64,000 nucleotides of DNA, taken from positions 1,178,001 through 1,242,000 of the forward strand of contig OZ116703.1 in the NCBI GenBank assembly GCA_964199315.1, written 5' to 3'. The notes beneath the pieces were generated by a model. The model was not told the origin of the DNA and did no database searches. It saw only the letters and a list, made by a program, of their open reading frames with translations. This document shows, one piece after another, positions 60,146 to 64,000 of this stretch. The position numbers and the translations under genes were made by a program. This DNA is from Orbicella franksi. Taxonomy: Eukaryota. Numbering within the stretch: the first letter of the stretch is position 1; each line of letters begins with the position of its first letter.

Positions 60146-62157
60146 TTACACCTTAATAGACCATATTTGTATTCTCGGTATTGAAATGACATTAACCTCG
60201 TTTTGATGATATTCCCCCGCATGAGCCTCTATTTCAAGCTAGTTCCAGTCCAATACCGAGGATACGAATAAGGCCTATTCTTTAAAGGTATAGGGTCATC
60301 ACTATAAACGGCAACGCGAGATCCTCAAACAAAACTCGAGACTCCCCGCGAGACCATATCTCGTGATGCATAGAGCGTCTGCGCGCACCGGCAATGGGTG
60401 ACACTGCCCTTAAGTACTGTCCTTAATATTTTGCTTTCACATTTATGTCATTTCAATGACATTTATATGCAACTACGTTGCTGTTGCAATTTGTTGTTTA
60501 CTTTTCCTTTTTTTAAAAAGAGCCAATGTATTAACCATTGTCATAAAAGCAGCCACCCCTCTGAGACTCTCTTGACGAAGCCATAACACTTGCATGAAGA
60601 ACCAGACAAAATCGTGTTATTTTCTCTTGGAAAACCTGATTGCTCCCGTTGAAGGTAAGCGATAGAATAAGAACTGGGTTCAAATGAACGAGAAGAAGAG
60701 GAGTGAAATGAAACTTTGAAAGATGCAATCGTCTCGACAGTCTAGTTATAGAGCAAACGTTTAAAAAGTCTCCTGTAGGCAGCTGAGTGCCGGACGGTGA
60801 CAGATTCGACTTTTGTTGGGAGAACTCGGAATCTTTTTTCCAAGTCGCTTTTGTTATTGACTTCAGCTGACATCATATTCATAGCAATCCTAGAGTTTTG
60901 CCCATTTCAAACTCTTCGTTGATGCAGTGAAGACGTGTCTTCTGTCTGAGGACCAGTTTTACTCCTGAAGGAAGATGCTTGATGCCGGAAGAACTTAACC
61001 GAAGGTAAGCACTGCTTTTGGCAAACATCCCTGTAATTTTGTTTAGAAAGTCACACGAGCGCCAAACTGTTACCCAAGCGAGTAAACACGTGGCCTCGCT
61101 GTTCGCTTTGAGCGTCGCTTTATCAGGATCTTGAAACAGGACAGCAAAGCGGCATCTTCAATTCCGTCTTCCGTTTGCAATATTTCAAGGGCAGCCAATT
61201 TGAAAGGTACTCTATCAAAAACGTATGCTCTATAATAGTAAGTTGAGATTTCCGACAGTTCAGTCGCTAAACCTGCCTGAACCAAACGATGAAATAAAGC
61301 CTCGAGGATTAGAAATACGCAAGAATAATTCAACATTCAGGGAAAGTTTCAAAGAGAAAATTTCGTTCGACAGTTTTTTTTTCTGATGAATCTTAACATA
61401 TTTTTTTACCAATGATTAGGACTAAGGCCTCTTAGTCTAATTTAATTCGTCGAACCTATTAATTTTCAAATAGGCGCATGAATGGTGCGACGTTTGTTGC
61501 AATTAAATTCGACTCAAATTAATTGGTTCGACTCTAACATAGATTCGACTTGCCAAGTCGGATAATGCGACAGTGGTTCGGCGTTTCAGCAAACGCCGCT
61601 CTAAACCCGCGCTGAACTCAATGTATAAATAATCCAAATTACAAAATAACTGATTCAAATGTGATGGACTGAGCAAACGTCACAAAAACACATACTCCTC
61701 CATCTGCCAAACGCTATTCCCCCCTCCCCCCCCCCCTGACAAACATGCGCTGTACGAAGACAATTTCGCGATCGGGAATGCATTCTCGTCCCCAAAGGCC
61801 GCGCTCCTTTTGGTCAGCACCAAAAGGAGCGCGGCCTCTGGGGACGGGAATGCCGTTAGAGAATGCCGAAAGTCATTGCTGACATCGCACAGCGTGATGG
61901 AAATGTGTTGTTCCTGTTTCATTGAAACTAAATATAAATGCTTCAGATGCGAATTGCCTACTTGCATTAAATGCTAACTATTTGAAGAAAACGAGGACGT
62001 TGAGGGATAGACAGCCAGTAAAAGCGTTGCATACTGCGAGGCTTGTGACAGGGACCTAAAGAGAGCCGCGCCGTGTCTACCGTTGTCTGAAGAGAAGAGT
62101 ACCGGCATTTCGCTGGTAAGTCCTAGCAGTAACTAGTCGCGCATCGAGTGAATAGCA

Positions 62158-62788
62158 CAGATTAACCGCGTCAAGCATGCATTCGACAGAAGGACCCTTC
62201 TCATAGTTACGAATACCTTAGTTTTGAGCAAATTGTTTTTGATCAAAGGTGTGGGCCAACTGCTCGAAATTAAATATCGACAAACTACAATCGATACAAA
62301 ACTTTGAGTGTAGAATAGTTAGTGGAATTCGGAAATATGATCATGTTACGCCTGAACTAAAACGCCTTAAGTGGCTTCCGGTATCCAGTCAGCTTTACTA
62401 TCGAAATGCTATCTTGGCTTTTAAATGTATGTATGGTCGCGCCCCTGAATACCTAAGCACTATCTTCATCAAACGTTCTGATGTAAATAGATACACAACC
62501 AGGAGTTCCTAATTGTCAAATGTCCCTCTTTTTAGAACTGCCTCTGGGCAGAGAACTTTTTATCACCGAACTGTCAGCATCTGGAATTCCTTGGAATCGA
62601 ATTTAAAACTTTGTAGTAACGAAACAATCTTCTGAGGGATTTTTTAGGATATAATTGATATAGTGATGAGTAATTTTTTATTTTTTAATCTTGTAAGTAA
62701 TTTAAATGACTATGTGAATTATTACTTTATAATTATTATTGTTCCTGAAAAGCCCCATTGGGGAGGTTCAATAAAGTATTCATTCATT
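62158..62788 (+). mobile_element. 3' fragment of a CR1/L2-group LINE
   Basis: KLQSIQNF..RIVSGIRKYDHVTPELKRLKWLPV; AATAAA at 62770 followed by (ATTC)n. Confidence 0.85.
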
Positions 62789-63205
62789 AGTAACTTTGAG
62801 TCCTGCCGTTGTTTTAGTTTTGTTTTTTGTTTAGTTTTTGTTTTCTCCTGGAGCACACAGCAAACTGACCAAGATTGTATGTCTATATTCTTTCACACGA
62901 ACGCAATATGACGCATTTCCTTTGGAAAAGATTGTAACGGGAAACCCCTTCTTAAGAAACGAACTTTTTAAGCTGAAAAAGGTCGTAATCTTTAACATGG
63001 CGTACCACCTTGTAAGGTTAAGAGCCTTCTTTGATTATACTCGACGTCCTTTCTGTTTGTTTCCTTCAAAATGGAAACAAATCTCTCTTTTGACGAACTG
63101 CGTTTGATAAAGGTGTTACGTTCACTATTTATATAGTACGTTCCAGATACCAACAAATGCTATATAAACGTTCCGTGTCTAGTGAACCACCATCACCATG
63201 ATTTT

Positions 63206-63672
63206 AGGGAGTTTAAGCAATGACGACGACGCGCCTAGGATGACGCCCCATTAAAAATGGATTTACATTTTACCTTCGAATTTTGCTATTATCTAGATCT
63301 GTTGAGTACGCCACGCCGATAGGTCTGTTTTGCAGAGGACGGCTATAAAATGCACAACTTGATTTATGACGTACATGCATAGCCATGGTTCTGTTAATTA
63401 GACCCTTTGTTTGGTGACGTTCTAGGCCCCGTCCAAACGTTTCTCGAAAATGATGGCGCCAGGATAACCATGTGATCTTCCTGACCGAGTTTTCCTCAAA
63501 CACAAATCGAAAATGACCGGTGATTGTGGGGCGTTTTCAAGTTCCTCCGGCGTAGTGTGGACGGAAAACATTTGATGCTTTTTCAGAATGAATCCTCCAA
63601 TTTCAAATTATTCCAGCTAAGTGTGAACGGGGCCCTAGTTGGCGTCGCCTTCGTACTTTGCTTAAGCTCCCC
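63206..63672. mobile_element. MITE containing a nested 210-bp MITE (63425-63634)
   Basis: Outer ends agggagtttaagca / tgcttaagctccc; inner ends GGCCCCGT / ACGGGGCC with a CTA duplication on both sides. Confidence 0.75.
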
Positions 63673-64000
63673 TTAAAACCAGGCGTAGTCACTCGATATA
63701 CCGATTATCGATTGCAATCGATTGTCGTAAGAATCGATGAGAATCGATTGCCGATGGTAAATTGGTAACGATTGATTACATTGATAACGGAGCTCCGGCG
63801 GCCCGAATTCGAATGGCCACCAAGCGGGGCACCATAAATTGATTTTTTCATGGTTATTATGGCTAGCGGCATTGCTCGTGGGCGCGTGCGCACGACGACG
63901 ACGGCAGCGCCGGCGACGGAGGCGGCCAAACTCCAGCTAACAGGTTGACAGAGACATGCAGCCCTTACACCGTACATCTTTGATAGTGGACATCCCTGGT

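Noticed and set aside
60760-61336. Transposase or gene remnant on the minus strand
   Set aside because: Multiple stops and no diagnostic motif; cannot be supported.

Overview
Eukaryotic, intron-containing and repeat-dense DNA; the dispersed repeat families resemble those of stony corals (inference, no database search run). No rRNA, tRNA or CRISPR array is supported. The most notable feature is an apparently intact 5,097-bp DNA transposon at 5942-11038. It has TAC...GTA termini, a perfect 6-bp target-site duplication (TATCCG), 61-bp TIRs extended by 21/23-bp tandem arrays, an intact IS3-like DDE transposase (+), and, converging on it, an intact intronless HECT-type E3 ubiquitin ligase (-). This is an IS3EU-like element carrying a ubiquitin ligase. 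Two non-autonomous elements share the TAY-end plus subterminal-array design (13436-14832, 28865-30120). Host genes are all on the minus strand: (i) a Ser/Thr-rich mucin-like exon running off the window start; (ii) a multi-exon PKC-delta/theta-like kinase with a frameshift and a disrupted exon; (iii) a tandem family of three single-pass mucin paralogs, namely a ~2,092-aa TDPT-repeat SEA mucin, a short Trp-rich copy lacking SEA, and a SEA pseudogene. The rest is LINE fragments (CR1/L2 group, RTE), MITEs, hairpin elements and microsatellites. Exon models were read by eye from GT-AG boundaries and reading phase.
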